Assembly: GCA_965112155.1 (NCBI GenBank) | Contig: OZ218108.1 | From: Podarcis liolepis | Taxonomy: Eukaryota | Length of the DNA: 64,000 nucleotides | Strand: one strand, 5' to 3' | Shown here: one piece after another, positions 63,949 through 64,000 of the stretch | How the letters are laid out: every line of letters starts with the position of its first letter | Numbering within the stretch: position 1 is the stretch's first letter | Made by a program: the position numbers and the translations under genes | Notes under the pieces: model-generated | The model's database searches: none | Told to the model about the DNA's origin: nothing | Seen by the model: only the letters and a program-made list of their open reading frames with translations

Positions 63949-64000
63949 CTATGAACACTGGATGGACATGTAAGGCCAGTTGAAGCTGCTGCCGGAGAGC
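63949..64000 (-). CDS. NR2F1: NR2F1 (COUP-TFI) C-terminus, partial; the gene continues beyond the window
   Basis: Minus strand CTC TCC GGC AGC AGC TTC AAC TGG CCT TAC ATG TCC ATC CAG TGT TCA TAG = LSGSSFNWPYMSIQCS*. The ending MSIQCS distinguishes NR2F1 from NR2F2 (MAIQ). Confidence 0.97.
   Translation of the reverse strand, partial: LSGSSFNWPYMSIQCS

Noticed and set aside
1-64000. Novel multi-gene, CRISPR-like or defence-like system
   Set aside because: This is a eukaryotic intron and intergenic region. There are no repeat-spacer arrays or operons, and all recognisable coding sequence is FAM172A, NR2F1 or transposon-derived.

Overview
This is vertebrate nuclear DNA, almost certainly from a squamate reptile (lizard), judging by a Squam3-type tRNA-derived SINE, CR1 LINEs and lizard-type MITEs. 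It has four assembly gaps. The window is the tail-to-tail junction of FAM172A (ARB2A, + strand) and NR2F1 (COUP-TFI, - strand). Bases 1-32558 are AT-rich, transposon-containing last intron of FAM172A. The terminal coding exon is 32559-32701 (...[11 protein letters not shown]...[11 protein letters not shown]), followed by a 3'UTR to about 35.5 kb. A CpG-rich, LINE-poor, microsatellite-rich spacer of about 27 kb follows, with many enhancer-like blocks. The NR2F1 3'UTR and its last 16 codons plus stop (LSGSSFNWPYMSIQCS*) are at the right edge. Neither real exon appears in the supplied ORF track. The most notable structure is a near-intact Tc1/DD34E transposon (14447-16014, one frameshift) whose left inverted repeat has been rearranged, bracketed by two inverted copies of the same young MITE. 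Other points of interest are a CR1 that may have been split by an inversion, a five-tract G-quadruplex motif 2 nt after the FAM172A stop codon, a near-consensus REST/RE1 site and co-oriented CTCF-like motifs. I found no evidence of a new multi-gene system. Gene and repeat family names come from my recall of those sequences, not from a database search.
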